Below, one piece after another: positions 1 to 13,000 of a DNA stretch of 64,000 nucleotides (the stretch's first letter is position 1; each line of letters opens with the position of its first letter). The notes beneath the pieces are model-generated. The model was given only the letters and a program-made list of their open reading frames with translations, searched no databases and was not told the DNA's origin. The stretch is from Psammoneis japonica (Eukaryota): the NCBI GenBank assembly GCA_008632985.1, contig QPGO01000020.1, positions 434,001-498,000 of the forward strand, given 5' to 3'. The position numbers and the translations under genes were made by a program.

Positions 1-1929
1 GTCAGGAGATCATGGTTGAAGTGCTGACATGTTGTGTCCTCTTTTCCAGGTCTGCCAGGAGGAGAGCTGTGCAGTGACAGTGATGTGGAAAATGACCAAG
101 GCAAGTGTGAAAAGGTTGCTCATTGTTGTAGAATTTTTCACAATGCAAAGCATGCTGACAGGCATTGCTTGTTTCATTTGGCACAGGCATGGTGTCGTTT
201 GGCTCGGCAGAAGGATTGATCACTTTCTTGCACTTTTGAGCATGAGATCCTCACTTGTGAGATCACCAGAATTTCTTGGATGCAATGTGAGCTCTTTTGG
301 CTGGCTTTTTTGTCTCACACACAGCATGGACAATTGTCGCAGGCCTGGGCAGTGCAGTCAAAATTAAGGCCACCACTTCAATGCCGGAAGACTGGTCTCC
401 AGACACTGGATTTTATGGGGAGCAGCAGTCAAGGTAAATGTTGGTGAGAAGGGATGCAATGCAGGTCAGTTTGTTCATGCTCATCAGCTTCTTTGACTTC
501 TCTGCTGTGCCGGCGACTCTCCTCACAGTGCTTGGACCTTCAAAGCACACACTTTTTGGAGACTTCACAGTGGAAGGGGGTCCAACGGCTGCACTGCAGA
601 TTCTCTTGTTGGGCAGGTTGGTCACAGCAGACAATTCGCAAGACAGGAGACAACTCCCAGTTGCAGCTGGCCATTGAAATCACCAGCCCATGCCACTTTG
701 TGACACTGCTCTTTGACAAAGCCATTCTCATCATTGCAGTGATGATTTCCAGTGCTTGGAGCCCAGCAGAGAGAGCTGCCTGCACACTCACCAAGTCCTG
801 GATCAAACCCACCTTTCATGGTTAAATGGCACCAACTGCGCTTGTTGATTCTTGTCATTGCTCACATTCAATGTCCTTCCATGCAGCAGATGCTTCCTGG
901 ACCATTGCACAGTGTTCAATCTACATTGTCAACACACTGTGCATTGGTCCATGCATGCAAAACAATGAAAACGGGTGTCTGACAGAAGGGTTCCGGCCAG
1001 CTGTCATCATCCAATTGTTGCTGGCAGCATTTTCTGCAGTTTGACCCCAATCTCAGAGCATTGACCACTTGAAAATGCCTCTTTGCAGACAACGTGACAA
1101 TTTGAGCCATGCTCCAAATCGATTTTGTTGGAGCTGGTGTGTTCACAGGATCCAATCAACTGCCCAGGACAGTCTCCTCAAGTCACAGAGGGTGGTGTTC
1201 AAGCCATTGGTTGAAACTTTTGGATGGATTGACACAGACTTTGAGGCAATTTGATTGCCACAGATGATCATGGCAGGCAAGGATTGCCGTGCTTGCTTCT
1301 GTTTTTGGATTTAAACTTGCCAAAGGCATGGTCTTTGCATCTCATGAAGTGAGCAAGAATGGCACTGCTGCTTGGAAAGCCGTTGCCGGAAGACAGAGAC
1401 TGGGAAGATTGTTTCATCTTCTTCCCTCTGTCACCATTGCTGCAAATGAAGACAATGGCCAGAGTTCATCAGCCACACATTCTCAGTTCCCAGGGGCTCA
1501 CTCTGGTGTTGAGTTTGATGACATGTCTTGGTGTCTCCAATTGGAGAAACAGGCTTGCTGGGTGGATGGTGCACAACGCACAGGCCAGCACCACTTGAGA
1601 AAACAAAATGGAGCATGTGGTGGTGTCCCCATGTCCTCCCAGCAAATGTTTGCCAAATGCCAAGCCAGATCATCAACACCACCACAAATGCACATTGGTT
1701 TGAGTTGCTGCCTGCATGACATGCACCACCCCAGTTGCACTCAGTCTGCATTTGTTGATTGTTGAGTGGGTTTGCCCAATTATGAAGCATTTGCACTCTT
1801 GATTTGGGAAGCTGCAAGCCTTGTCTTGGGCAGCAGCAGCCCCTCATGTGATTCCTCCACAAACAAGAAAAGATGCCCAGCTGCACAAGGTGTGCAAGCA
1901 TCAGGCCCACAGATGTGGCAAAGGAGGTG

Positions 1930-3500
1930 TGCAGTTGTCTTGGGATGGCATTGGAGGACTCCAGTGGTGGGTTGCCAGGGACATGTCAACAACCATGGTT
2001 GGGGAGCAAAGGCCTTGTCTTGTGTCAATGCAGCACCTTGTCTCTCTGACATGGCTGGCTTTGGCCCAGCCAGCCAACCTGCAAGGACAAGAAAACCATC
2101 TGTGCAACAGTGCAAGTGCTCTGTTGTCTTGGGATGGCATTGGATGACTCCATTGGGTCCCAGAGGATGCAATGACAACAATGGCTGGGAAGCAAATGCC
2201 TTGTCTTGTGTCAACACAGCACCCTGTCTCTCTGACATGGCTGGCTTTGGCCCAGCCAGCCAACTTGCAAGGACAAGAAAACCATCTGTGCAACAGCGTG
2301 CAGGTGCTCTGTTGTCTTGGGTGGCTTTTGGTGACTCCATTGGATCCCAGAGGGCACAACAGCAACAACGGTTGGGAAGCAAAGGCCTTGTTTTGTGCAA
2401 ATGCAGCACCTTGTCTCTGTGACATGGCTGGGTTTGGCCGAGCCAAAAGAGCCAATTTGCAAGAAGGATGAGGGAACCATCTGTGTGACAGTGCAAGTGC
2501 TCAGTCATCTTGGGATGGCTTTTGGTGACTCTGTTGGATCCCAGAGCACACAACAACAACAGTGGTTGGGAAGCAAAGGCCTTGTCTTGTGTCAACGCAG
2601 CACCTTGTCTCTCTGACATGACTGGCTTTGGCCCAGGAGCCACCCCACACCCACAGAGACAAGAAAACCATCTGCACAACAGAGTGCAAGTGCTCAGCTG
2701 TCTTGGGATGGTGTTGGATGACTCCGTTGAGTTGCAGAGGATGCAATGGCCACAGTGGTTGGGAAGCAAAGGCCTTGTCTTGTGTCAGCACCCTGTCTCT
2801 TTGAACATGACTGGGTTTGGCCCCCCCAGCTGCTCCACCTGCAAGGACAAGAAAGCCATCTGTGTGGCAACGCAAGAGCTCTGCTGTCTTGGCATGGCCA
2901 TGGATGACTCCATTGGGCCCCAGAGATGCAACAAAAGCAATGGCTGGGAAGCAAAGGCCTTGTCTTGTGTCAATGCAGCCCTTTGTCTCTCCAACATGAC
3001 TGGGTTTGGCCCAACCACCCCACCCACAGAGACAAGAAAACCATCAGTTGTGCAACAGTGCAAGTGCTCAGTTGTCTTCGGATGGCTTTTGTTGTCTCCA
3101 TTGGATCCCAGAGGACACAACAACAACAGCGGTTGTGGGGCAAAGACCTTGTCTTGCATCAATGCAGCACCTTGTCTCTGTGACATGAGTGGGTTTGGCC
3201 CAGCCAAGAACTGATTTGCAAGAAAGACAAGGGAACCATCTGTGCGACAATGCAAGCACTCAGTTGTCTTGGGATGGGCACAATGCTCTCCATTGGGTCC
3301 CTGACAAGGAGGTGAGGACAACAACAGTTGGGAAGGAAAAGCCTGGTCTTGGGCCAAAGCAGCCCCTTTTCTTTTTGATGTGATTGGCTTGCTTTTGCCC
3401 AGCCACCCCGCCTGCAGAGACAAGAGAGCTTTCTGCACTGTGTGACAGGGCAAGTGCCCAGTTGTCTTTGGATGGCATTGGGTGCCTCCATTGTGTCCCA
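1930..3500. repeat. Tandem satellite A, ~185-195 bp unit, ~8-9 degenerate copies
   Basis: The core GCAAAGGCCTTGTCTTGTGTCAA..CAGCACC recurs at ~2006, 2192, 2379, 2573, 2766, 2951, 3140 and 3336. An isolated partial unit lies at ~5030-5110. Confidence 0.9.
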
Positions 3501-3739
3501 GGGGAGCCAACAACAGTCACTGAATGGAAATTCATGGTGTTCCCTGTCTCTTGTTTGGATGGAAAACCATGAGATGACAGAAGAGCATGACCCACCTTCT
3601 TTACAAGGTTGGTCTCCAAAGTTGTCATTTTGCTGGCACAAAGGGTGTGTTTCTGAGCTTTCTGGAGAGAGGCGATTGTCTTGTTGGCAGTGGCAAGTTT
3701 TGAACACACCAAATGGCAAAAAGGTGTTGATTGAAGTCC

Positions 3740-6700
3740 CGGAGCTGGGAGCATGCAGCACGATTGTGAAAATTTCAATCTCAACAAGAACACATCAATG
3801 TGACAAAATCAAACTTGTTGAATGCGTGTGTGACATTGATGGCTGAATGATTCATTGAGGTTGTTTCAAATCATTCAAACCATTGCATCATGACAAAAAC
3901 ATTGATTTTTAAAACAAAATTGTGTCTGAAAAAGAGATGCCAACGGGAATCAACTGACGGCCAGGCTTGCATTTTGGCTGAAAACACAAATTGTTGCTCC
4001 CTCACAAGACACAAAAAATGCAAACTCAAGCAGCATCCAACATCTGACAATGAGAGCATTGGGACAGGCAATGGCATTGCAGATGGGATGGAGCAAAATG
4101 CAGGACACAAGGTGAGAAAAACAAGTGGTGAGTGCACGGAGATCAGGTGTGCAATGCAAACAACTGACACTGGTGCACATCTTTGCACACAGACATGATC
4201 TGCACATGCAACCTGAGCTGCAGTGGAAGATGGGCAATGGGGAGGGCACAAAGGTGAGCAGAAGCAGCCCATGAGACAAGATCATGCTGAGAAACACAAG
4301 ACATGCCCATCACCTGATCATTGGCACAAAGTTTTCTCTTGTTGCAAGCAATGCTTTGGCCTGCCAAAAAGAGGGAATTCAAGACAGATCATTGCAGGAC
4401 AGCATTGTTGCCTGGTGCAAATGATTGCAGAGAGAATGAGAGTGGTTGCAAGGGAGGGCACAAGGACCAAAACATCACACTCCTCATGCAGGGACTGTGA
4501 AGGACAACAGGAACTGGTGGGATGCAGGAGAAAAACAAGAATGGGAAAGGGGAGCATTGTTCAGTGTGCAGTGTGGAAATGACAAACTGGAACATTTGCA
4601 AATCAGACAACAAGCAGCACACAGCCAGTGTGCAATCAGGTTAAAAAGACAATTGGATGTCGTCATTGTCAGAAATGAACAATGTCAGAAAGTTGTTGTG
4701 AACACATGATTGTCAAGATGGAAACAAATGCAAGTGACAAGTTTCATCAACTGTTGTTTGTGGGCAGATGTGTGAGAACAATGTCAAAACAAGTTGGTGT
4801 GAAAAATTGTCAAGAATGTGTGTGCAATGCAACTGATTTACATTGGCCATTTAATCCCAATTGGAAGCTTGAAATGACCACTAAATTCCCTTTGTCAATG
4901 GTCATTGAGGACTTGTCAAGAACTCACAATTCTGAACAAGAGAATGTGAACTCTGAACAAGAGCCACAATGTTTTCCAGACGGACATCACTGGCTTTGGC
5001 ACAGCCACCACACCCCTGCAGAGACCCCCAGTGAGCCATTTGTGTGACAGCACAAGTGCTCAGTTGTCTTGGATGGCTGCAGGAGACTCCATTGGGTGCC
5101 AGGGGATGCAACAACAATCACAGGAATTGTGTGCCAATGCATGAGAAATTTGAGATGTTCACGTGGAATGGTTGGAGAGTGGAGGTCATCAGCCATGGTG
5201 GGCAGTGGCTTCGCTGTTGATGGAAGCAGCAGCAGTGGCAACAGTTGCTGGGTTGTCAGCTGGTGCTGCTGCAGCTCTGGCCACAGGGCCTTGGTGTCTC
5301 TGGGGGCTCCTCCTGCTGCACTCTTGTGGCTGAGGTTGAGCTTGAGATCTGCCAACCCCACCTGCATCACCATGGCCAAGACGAGCACTGCGGCACCAGA
5401 ATGGTTGGCAGCACAAGGATGGCCACCACCGCCTCCACAGGGGCAGTTCACACATTTTTTAGCAGCATTGTTGCAACACACCAAAGAGAAAATGTGGTTG
5501 TGAGGGCATCAAGCAGACTGTGGAGATTGAATCCCGGAGCATTGAAAAAAGATGGTGTGCGGCAGCAAGACTGTGAAAATTTCCATCTTAACAAGAGCAC
5601 ATTGACATGACAAAAAATGAGAAATTGACACACTGCAGACACACATGAAAAATCTCAACAACTGGATGATTCAATCAAGTCATTTCAAATCATTCAAACC
5701 TTAAAAATCAAATGTGAGTGTGGAATTTTAAAACAAAATTGTTGTCACTTAAAAAGTGATGCTGACAGGAATCACACCAGGCAGACAGGCTCAACATTGC
5801 CACAAAAACACAAATCATCATTCCCTCACAAGACACAAAACACAGGACACAGGGCTCATCCAACATCATGACAATGACAGCAGCAAGGGAGGGCAACAAA
5901 GGAGCACAGAGGGGGGAAGGACAATGCGGGACACACGGTGAGAGAGAGAGAGGCAGGAACTGAGTCAACGAGTGCATGGAGCTCAGGCAACAATGCAAAC
6001 AACCAAAGCTTTGGTTGCTCTTTCCACTCAGACATGTTGGCATGCAAGGGGAGCCAGAAAGAAAGATGGCCTTGCAGGGGCCACACAAAGGCAGCAGAAA
6101 CAGTGTTTGCACCAAGCACATTCAAAACAAAAAACACACAATGCTCTCATCTGCTGTTGCACACTCTTTTCTTTTTTTTCTTTTCTTTGCAGACAACACT
6201 TTGGCAAACTAGCATGAAAAACAAAAGAGACAAGGTCGCACACAAAGGTGAGCAGAAACGCCATTTGTGCTGAGCCAAGTCCGTTCGAAACAAAACACAC
6301 ACAGCGCTCTGTTTTGTTGCAAGCTCTCTTTTCTCTTTTTTGCAGGCAACACTTTGGCAAACCACTGGCATGATGAACAAAAGTGACAAAGTCACAACAG
6401 TGTGGAACAAACAACATGGTTGTGATGAGCAAGAGCGGCTGCAAGGGATGATGCAATGAGTGAAATGTCACACCACCATGTGAAGAGGACAGAAAATGAC
6501 TGTGACACGGGAGCACTGGCAGGAGACAGGACAAAGCCAAGGAGGGAAGAGCAGGAAACAGGAAGCAAAAACATGTTCACTGCAGAAATGATGAAACACA
6601 GCAAGCACAAATCACATCACAAGAAGCACACAGCCATTGTGAGAGCATCTTGGTGAGACCATGAATGAATGTTGTCGTTGTCAGAAATGAGCAATGTCAG

Positions 6701-7010
6701 AAAGCAGTCACAACTGCACCCTTGTAAAGAACAAACAATTGCAAGTCACAAATTTCATCAATTGTCATTTCCTGCTTTGCCTCTTTGTTCAATGTGGGCA
6801 CAAACCGAGTGGTGCAAAAATCATTGTGGCTGCAATCTTGTCAAGATTGAGTGGACAATGAGACCTGCAGATCAAGCACATTTTCCTGCTTGGAATGTAA
6901 AAACAATTGTTAAATTTGCTTTGTTCACAATTGACAAGCACTTGTTAAGAACCCAGAGTTCTTGTTCAGCGCAAATGGGTTCTGAGCAAGAGCCACAACA
7001 TTTTCCAGGT
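3740..7010. repeat. Degenerate direct duplication (~3740-5000 vs ~5550-7010)
   Basis: Shared anchors in the same order: TTTCAAATCATTCAAACC (~3864/~5683), CCCTCACAAGACACAAAA (~3999/~5823), CACAAAGGTGAGCAGAA (~4247/~6241), CAAGAGCCACAA..TTTTCCAG (~4958/~6987). Confidence 0.75.
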
Positions 7011-7623
7011 GGGAGTGTGGGGGGAGCGAACAGCAGCACAACAAGAGAAACAGGAACAGGCTCCTCCTTTGTGGCCAGATCATGGCACTCTGTTGTTGTG
7101 AAACCCATCAAAGTGAAAGGAGACAGAGCAGAGCTGCTCACAGCTCAGAGGAAAGGAGAAAAGGAAGATCAGTGCAATGCCTGCCCGCCACACGGCAACA
7201 CCACCCCTTGGTGCTGCACCTGCCACTTGGCGGCTCGCGTCTTGAATAAAATAATGTCTCTCCAGCCATCCTTATGTAAATTGTGATCGTTTAACAACAG
7301 CCTAACATTTAACAAAATTTATTTAAGGGGTTTTCTTGCCTCAGACACAATGGTTGAGCACATGCTACAGCCCCCTTGCCCAGATACGAAGAGAGATCGA
7401 TAACATAGATTACAGTACCGGTACGTAGATGATGGTCGGTTCAGATGATGATGGATGGTTTAGATCTTCTCCGCTACCGCCACTCTATCTCTAGAGAGAG
7501 TGTCTCGCTATCTCTGTGCCTGGTTCTCCGAGCGATTTTTGTTCTTCTCTCTTCTGATTGTTCTATCATCAATCTTTTCATCTTTCACCTTTCTCAATTG
7601 CTGATGCAGTTCGATTCGAAAAC

Positions 7624-9888
7624 ATGAAACTGTGGAATGTGACTTCGATTTTAGCGCTTGGGGCACTCGTTCCTCTGCCACGTGCAGCCGGGCAAAAACC
7701 CAACATCGTTTTGATTGTTGCTGATGACCTCGACGCAGACGAAATTCGTGTAACTGCACAAGATACAAGCACCTGGCCAACGCACACTGGCGCTGAAAAG
7801 CTCGGACTCTGGACAAAACCGCACAACCCGAACATTCTCACCCCGCACATTGATGGATTGACAAGTGAAGGTATTCTGCTGACGAATTTTCACGTTAGTG
7901 CTACGCAATGCACCGCGAGCCGCTATGCATTCTTGACTGGACGACAGGCTGCCCGAGGCGAAGACCTTCTGAATTTATTTCCCACCGGATCACTCGTTGA
8001 ACTGGGTTGGAACCCAGGCTTGTTGCGGGAAGAAACCAACGTGGCCAAATCACTAAAGGCAGAGGGTTACCGGACCGGCATAATCGGTAAGTGGCACAAC
8101 ATCCCCAGGAAAGATAGATCCAAGCTACCCAGGTTTGTTCCTGCCGACCATAGGGCACATGCAACCTATGAACACACGGTGACTGTTCAAAAGAAACTCA
8201 AGACGCACTATGATGCACACGTTGCATACTTGAGTGACGGATACGGCTGGGATGTAATTGATAGAATGGAATGGGGTAATTCTATTCTGAATTTAAACTG
8301 GCAGTGTGAAGGCGCACTGGAGTTCATTGAAGAGAGTGCTGATCAACCCTTTTTCCTTTACGTTGGCCTTCCTGTTCCTCACGGTCAATACGCACATAGC
8401 TTCAACGATCTCACAAAGTTTGACGATCGAGTCACTTCTAAAGGGATCATCACCAACGTAGCCCAGGTGTTGCCTCCAGTATCCGACGTATATGCACGAA
8501 CGGATGCAGCCGGTGTTAGAAGAGACTATGCCATGGCAACTCGGATGGATGACTTTGTTGGTGCGATTCTTCAAAAGCTGGATGATTTGGGATTACGACA
8601 GAATACCCTCTTTATCTTCACTAGTGACCACGCAAGCCGTGGCAAAAATAGCTGCTATATTGGCGGTGCCAAAGTGCCGTTTCTGGCTCGGTGGCCACAG
8701 AAAATCCAGCCAAACACAAAGAGTAGGTCGCTCGTGGCCAGCGTTGATGTAGCCGCTACCCTTGTTGATGTTGCTGGCGGAAATGCACCCAAGGACATGC
8801 TTGTCGATGGACAAAGCTTCAAGCAAATGCTGCTTGGAAAACCCGAACCAGAAAACTGGCGAAACAGTCTCATTCTCGAAGCAGAGACCACCCGAGCTGT
8901 TGTTACTAAGAAATGGAGCTATATTGCTAATCGGGTGACACCCGAAATTGCTCAGAAAATGGCTAAACGACCGGGAGAAGTATTTTGGTCCGGAAAGGAC
9001 CATCACAACTATCAAACAGAGAACACATATCCTGGGTACTGGGATGCGGATCAACTGTATGATCTTGAAAAGGACCTTTATCAGCAGACTAACATCTTTG
9101 AAGATCCAAAGTACAAAGCAATTCTCAAGTCACTCAGAGGTGAACTGGACCTTTACATTGCGACGCTTCCGCACAGCTTTGGGGAGTTTGGAAAGGGGGT
9201 TTACGCAGATGCAGCCATCCAGCCAGAAACCCTGAAATCAGAAGGTTATGTCCAAGGAGAACTCAAATCCAATGCTTGCGGTTGGACTAAGCAATTCGGA
9301 CCACACAAACTTGAACCAGCAGCTGGAAGATTCTATCTGAGACTGCCGAAAAGGGCCAACGACGGGCTTCAAGCCATGTTGAATGCAAACCTCCCGCATG
9401 CAGACAGTTATCAAGTCGCTTTGAAGTTTACGTTTGGACGGAAACAGGGACTGCTAGTGCCAGGCATTATCGTTTCACAAATCAAAGAGACATTCAACGA
9501 TGGAACCGGTCGTCTGGGCGTCAGTTTGAGGCGAGCAGAAAGCGCGGATAAATATGAGTTGTGGCTTGCCGTGAACCCATCGTCATGGATGAAAGGACCT
9601 CCTTTCGTTCAGGATCTTTTGGGTTTTAGCGTTACTAAGTCTTCGAGCGAGAATTTGCAACTGGTGTATGAACTAGAGAGTGGATCAAACCGAAGTGATG
9701 ATTGGGTTTTGACCGGAACGTTGCGTAATCTTGATCGAGCCATAATTGTTTCAAAGCTCACCGGTCAACTGGACTCCTCGCAGGTGTTTATTACGGATGA
9801 GAACCCCGGATGCGTCGATCCAGCAAAATACCAGAATTCATCCCTGCTGGAGCGTCGTTGTGACATTAGGTTATTAAAGATAGATTGA
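7624..9888 (+). CDS. Secreted Cys-type (formylglycine-dependent, S1) sulfatase with a C-terminal extension, intronless
   Basis: ATG at 7624 followed by a signal peptide (MKLWNVTSILALGALVP). Motifs: KPNIVLIVADD, TPHIDGL..EG, active-site CTASRYAFLTGR, GYRTGIIGKWH, PFFLY..PH, NTLFIFTSDH, QLYDLEKD. Uninterrupted ORF. Confidence 0.92.
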   Translation: MKLWNVTSILALGALVPLPRAAGQKPNIVLIVADDLDADEIRVTAQDTSTWPTHTGAEKLGLWTKPHNPNILTPHIDGLTSEGILLTNFHVSATQCTASRYAFLTGRQAARGEDLLNLFPTGSLVELGWNPGLLREETNVAKSLKAEGYRTGIIGKWHNIPRKDRSKLPRFVPADHRAHATYEHTVTVQKKLKTHYDAHVAYLSDGYGWDVIDRMEWGNSILNLNWQCEGALEFIEESADQPFFLYVGLPVPHGQYAHSFNDLTKFDDRVTSKGIITNVAQVLPPVSDVYARTDAAGVRRDYAMATRMDDFVGAILQKLDDLGLRQNTLFIFTSDHASRGKNSCYIGGAKVPFLARWPQKIQPNTKSRSLVASVDVAATLVDVAGGNAPKDMLVDGQSFKQMLLGKPEPENWRNSLILEAETTRAVVTKKWSYIANRVTPEIAQKMAKRPGEVFWSGKDHHNYQTENTYPGYWDADQLYDLEKDLYQQTNIFEDPKYKAILKSLRGELDLYIATLPHSFGEFGKGVYADAAIQPETLKSEGYVQGELKSNACGWTKQFGPHKLEPAAGRFYLRLPKRANDGLQAMLNANLPHADSYQVALKFTFGRKQGLLVPGIIVSQIKETFNDGTGRLGVSLRRAESADKYELWLAVNPSSWMKGPPFVQDLLGFSVTKSSSENLQLVYELESGSNRSDDWVLTGTLRNLDRAIIVSKLTGQLDSSQVFITDENPGCVDPAKYQNSSLLERRCDIRLLKID

Positions 9889-10039
9889 ATAAGACTATAA
9901 TACCCAAAATAACCAGGCTCAGCGGTCTCTTTCGGCGACACGTCTCAAATCTGGATTGTATTGAGGATGTTGCGTGCCGGAGATGAGGAGGAGTGGAAGT
10001 GTGGTGTTCCCCTTTGTCAAAAGCGACAAGACTGGTTCA

Positions 10040-13000
10040 TGCTCTCTTTCCGCCTTTTTGCTTTTGATTTGCTCTTACTTCCGCCTTTGTCTTTTCCACT
10101 CTTCGAGCTGGGCCTTTCGAAAAAATGGTACCGGTAATACCTTCCCTTGGAATGACCCTTGGAGAAATCCTAGAACCTTTTTAGACTGACCCTTGGAGCG
10201 GTCTTGGAACCTCCTTTACCAATGTTGGATGCTGGGCGCGAAAAATAGTTGCACATACTTGCGGCTCCGTTATTATACATTTTCCAAAGCATTGAGACTC
10301 TGGGAGTCTCCAGTCTCCTACCGTAGCGAGTTCCAATGCGTATTCCATCTCCCGTCTCTATTCCAAGCCAAATTCTAGGTAAGCTCGCGATCTATCTTTT
10401 CCACCTTTGCTCTTGGATTGCTCTTATCGCCTCCTTTGCTACTGGATGATCCTTCCTCTTGACCTTTTTTGCCCTTGGATTTGCTCTTGTCGCCTCCCTT
10501 GCTTCCACACTTGGATTTGCTCCGCTCACCTCCCTTGCTGGTGCATGAATAGCAGCGTCCACCGGACTTCTCTGTGGGTGGTGTGGGGGGAGGGGTTAAA
10601 TCGCATCGAGTGGTTTAGGAGGAGTTTTAGGAGCTGATAGGGAGCGGAGTCTTAGGACTTGCCGTTTGAGAAAGAGTGATGGCGTAAGTTTTGTCTTCGC
10701 AGACGCCGCCTCTTCCTTGATGTATTCCACCAAATCTGTTATCGCACCTTTTCCTCGTAGTGACGGGCATGCACTCACCATCAGACAAGCAGATTTTGGA
10801 CGCTTCGTCGGCGTTGGTGTTGGGCTGAGTACATTCACATCAAGAGGTGGTATAGGAGCGGGAGTAACTGGGACTATCTTCACCTTGAAATGTACCGCCG
10901 AACCTATTCTCGCACCTTTTCCTCGTAGTGACCTGGATACATTCGCCTTCAGACAAGTAGCAGGCAGATTTTGCTGTGGTGGGCATTGGTGTGGGACTCC
11001 GTTGTAAATGTTGGAGTTCGCCAGGATTGGTACCGGGCGGCGTAGGAGTCGGCGTTGGATCAACATCAAGTGGCGTTGAAGTGGGAGTAGTTGCATAAGT
11101 GTTGCGCTCATATTTCCTACCTTTGCCTTGAGAGGTACCACCGCACGTGATCTCGCAGCCTTTTCCTCGTAGTGACCTGAATGCATTCGCCGCTCTCGAG
11201 GCGCAACAACCGTCCAGTTCTCTCGTTGGCATTGGTGTGTGACTTGGGGTAATAAGAGTCGGGCTTGGAGTTCCCATGGTCGGATTGGGCGTTGTAGCAG
11301 TCGGGCTTGGATTTTCAATAGTCGGATTGGGCGCTGCGACTTTTGGGCTAAAGGTTGAAACGGTCGGTCTAGGGGTGGCAACAGACGGACTCGGAGTTGT
11401 GCGGTCGTGTTAGGCTTGGAGATGAGATAGGACAGGTTAATAAATCACACTCAGTTTCCTCCACCCTGATAGAGACTACTCTCTGATACATAGGCCGCTT
11501 CGGTGGTAGACGCACAGGTTCCGTCTTCGTCCAGCAAACAACAAGCCCCACTAGGTGGAAGTGGACAGACAATATCCAACATCATCGCAAGAGGTTCCGC
11601 CCCCTTGAAATTCTCCGTCATCTCCTTCGTACCGAGTAGCACTCCTTCGCTCAAAACAGCTTCCATCTGGAAGGCAGCGTGCCCCAGGCTGTAGCCGACA
11701 TCTGGCCTTTTTACTCGTGGTCTCATCGCCGTTATACCTCAGTCAATACCGCATGTAGAAGTAGCTTCGTAAATCTGATCCCCACAACACGTAGCAACGA
11801 ATTGAGTTGAAAAAGAGTTGTGAGAATCGACGATCCATGACAGCCATGCACTACAAGAGCGAAATAACTTACGGACCCGTCTGGGAAACAGCTGGCACCG
11901 AACTGCATGTCTAGGGGAGTGGGGTGTTGTAGGAGACGTCGTCGGTCTTGATGACAGGAGATAAGGTTGCGAGACTTGTCGTCGGAGATGAGGTTATTAG
12001 GATTGGCGTTGGGTCGACTGGGCAGACAACGTTCTCATCACCGCAGCCGGTACCAGGACCTTGGAGGCACCACCAAAATCCTACAAAACAACTTTCCTTG
12101 TTTTCGGATTGCTCACGTTCGCCAGCCTCGTGAATGCAGCATGCACCAGGCTCTACATGGCAATTGGTACTTTCACAAGCGCTTCCATCTCCGTTGTACT
12201 CTCCATTGCTGAGGTTGCAATTTCCTTCATCAAATCCTTCAATGCAAACTGCGTCCGGTAAGCAGCATACCTGTGTGGACCTCTTGGTGCGTACGAGTAG
12301 GCGATAGCGTTGGAACCGCCTGCGGGGTAGGGGAAAGGGCTGGATCAACTTTAAGAAGCGTAGGTGATGAAGTAGAAGAATCCTGACAAGTCGCTCCCTC
12401 GTCGTCGCAGCTGATGCCATGACCTAGAAAGATGCCATTAAAATCTTACGTGCATCGCTTCTTGTTTCTCGTCTCTGCGCACGCGCCTGTATCGGTACAA
12501 CAAGCTCCACACTGTGCCCTGCTGTTCGCAGTGATGCAGGTGCTTCCGTTGCCATTATATTCTCCATTGCTAAGGTAGCTAGTTTCATCAACGTCGTCGG
12601 AGCAAGAACCGTAAGGGAAGCCGCCGCTACCCGTGACGTGGCGCTGGAGTTGATACATTCAATGGGGCAAACAATGGCATGAAAGTCATCATGAATCATT
12701 ATCACCGCCCGATCCTTGGAAGATACCACCGAAACCTCTCGCACACCGTCTACTATTCTTGGCCCGTTCACAAGAACCGCCACGTTTGTTTCACTGTTTG
12801 AATCAGCGCACACACTTCCGCTACCGTTGAATTCCCCGCCACTGAACTCGCAGGTGGCTTGGTCAACGTCATCAACGCAAGAACTATCAACCACACAGCA
12901 GCTAGGGCTACCTGTTTCGTCTTCCGAAGGAGTCGGACTGGTGGTAGGATCGACGAGGTCCAAGGGAGTCGGGCTGAGAGTATGATCTACGTCGAGCGCG

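Larger units (their letters stand above)
1..7230. other. CpG- and TpA-depleted (TG/CA-rich) block 1, decayed repeat/TE DNA
   Basis: About 24 TpA in 7.2 kb by manual scan, none seen between ~1790 and ~3600. CpG is rare. ORFs are Cys/His-rich and almost Tyr-free. Normal TA/CG content resumes at ~7230-7440. Confidence 0.9.

Noticed and set aside
1766..3513. Long repetitive Cys-rich ORFs (218-329 aa) on both strands
   Set aside because: They are translations of satellite A. Unit lengths are not consistently multiples of three, and the frames are open only because TAA/TAG are absent.
7558..7623. Upstream non-ATG start for the sulfatase given in the ORF track
   Set aside because: The ATG at 7624 directly precedes a signal peptide and is the better eukaryotic start.
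7624..9888. Bacterial contamination of the whole window
   Set aside because: The sulfatase is contiguous with spliced diatom-type genes and eukaryotic TEs, and there is no operon structure.
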